Of a stretch of DNA of 32,698 nt, positions 32,441 to 32,698 are shown piece after piece. Below the pieces are notes generated by a model. It was not told where the DNA came from. It ran no database searches and saw nothing but the letters and a program-made list of their open reading frames with translations. Position numbers and translations under genes: made by a program. The DNA lies in assembly GCA_017424085.1 (NCBI GenBank), contig JAFPBP010000267.1:1-32698 (forward strand). The letters are read 5' to 3'. Numbering within the stretch: the stretch's first letter is position 1; every line of letters starts with the position of its first letter. This DNA comes from Clostridia bacterium. GTDB taxonomy: Bacteria; Bacillota; Clostridia; Oscillospirales; UBA644.

Positions 32441-32698
32441 TTCCTTTTTCTTTTCGGGTGAAAAGAAAAAGGAACCGAAAAAGAAAAGCCATGTCCGACG
32501 GATTTTCATCCGTCGGAGGAAGGTTAACACAATAAATTGACAGATCAAACGCAAGGAACATCCCTTTTCCTTTCGGGTAGAAAGAAAAGGAACCGAAAAA
32601 GAAAAGCCATAGCCGACGGATTTTCATCCGTCGGAGGAGGGTTAACACAATAAATTGACAGATCAAACGCAAGGAACATCCCTTTTTCTTTCGGGTGA
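32441..32698. repeat. Tandem array of about 118-bp units, each with two hairpins. About 2.2 units are visible and the array continues past the right edge.
   Basis: ggaaccgaaaaagaaaagccat occurs at 32471 and 32589, and ttaacacaataaattgacagatcaaacgcaaggaacatccc occurs at 32524 and 32642, so the period is 118 bp. Units differ at only a few positions. Hairpin 1 is ttcctttttctttt/aaaagaaaaaggaa (32441-32474). Hairpin 2 is ccgacgga/tccgtcgg (32494-32515 and 32612-32633). Confidence 0.9.

Noticed and set aside
30624-32540. A 638-aa ORF on the plus strand, antisense to the metallophosphoesterase gene and extending into the repeats
   Set aside because: It has the same antisense-frame character as the others. 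Its C-terminus is translated from the minisatellite (TRGTRGTRGTRG) and from homopolymer-rich repeats, and it has no start context.
32306-32554. An 82-aa ORF (MRLICQFIVLT...PLVPLVPLVPLV...)
   Set aside because: It begins inside a repeat unit exactly like the start of the 882-aa ORF. It reads the minisatellite in another frame, has no RBS, and is a by-product of the repeats.
32226-32672. The N-terminal 149 residues of the 882-aa track ORF
   Set aside because: This part is translated from the 118-bp repeats and the 9-bp minisatellite (PRPPRPPRPPRPP). It lies upstream of a good promoter, and a strong RBS with a signal-peptide start exists at 32225.
32441-32698. Interpreting the terminal repeats as a CRISPR array
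   Set aside because: The whole 118-bp unit is repeated with a few substitutions, so there are no unique spacers. The period is far longer than CRISPR repeat-spacer units, and no cas genes are in the window.
1-32698. A search for mobile elements, prophage, toxin-antitoxin or defence-system genes, and for tRNA or rRNA
   Set aside because: I found no transposase, integrase, recombinase, nuclease-ATPase pair, terminal inverted repeats or tRNA-like cloverleaf while reading both strands. The only compositional anomaly is the orphan gene at 16178-16867, which has no flanking mobility signature.

Overview
This is a chromosomal segment from a high-GC, endospore-forming Firmicute. It looks like Clostridia (Oscillospiraceae/Ruminococcaceae-like), but that placement is inferred from gene content and composition only. 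I support 27 protein-coding genes and find no rRNA, tRNA, CRISPR array, transposase, integrase or recognisable defence gene. From left to right the window holds: (1) a minus-strand biotin-dependent Na+-pump decarboxylase/transcarboxylase operon, truncated at the left edge. (2) A tail-anchored secreted protein. (3) An operon of two unknown membrane proteins plus a Gfo/Idh/MocA oxidoreductase. (4) An S1-domain protein and SleB. (5) A plus-strand housekeeping block of pcrA, rmuC, a cysteine desulfurase and thiI, followed by an AT-rich orphan gene. (6) rpsT, an EIIC-like permease, and the sporulation block gpr-spoIIP-DD-carboxypeptidase. (7) rluB and a long class A PBP. (8) A sugar-related cluster of fucU, two tandem paralogous Gfo/Idh/MocA genes with a conserved Cys motif, a divergent CE4 deacetylase, and a surface-anchored metallophosphoesterase. 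The part that genes do not explain is the right edge (about 32320-32698). It holds a tandem array of about 118-bp units, each carrying two hairpins, and it runs off the window. The array is preceded by a perfect 5-copy 9-bp G-rich minisatellite and by a degenerate repeat copy that supplies the promoter of the metallophosphoesterase gene. The long antisense ORFs in the track are high-GC artefacts. All family assignments rest on motifs I recognise by eye, because no database search was possible.
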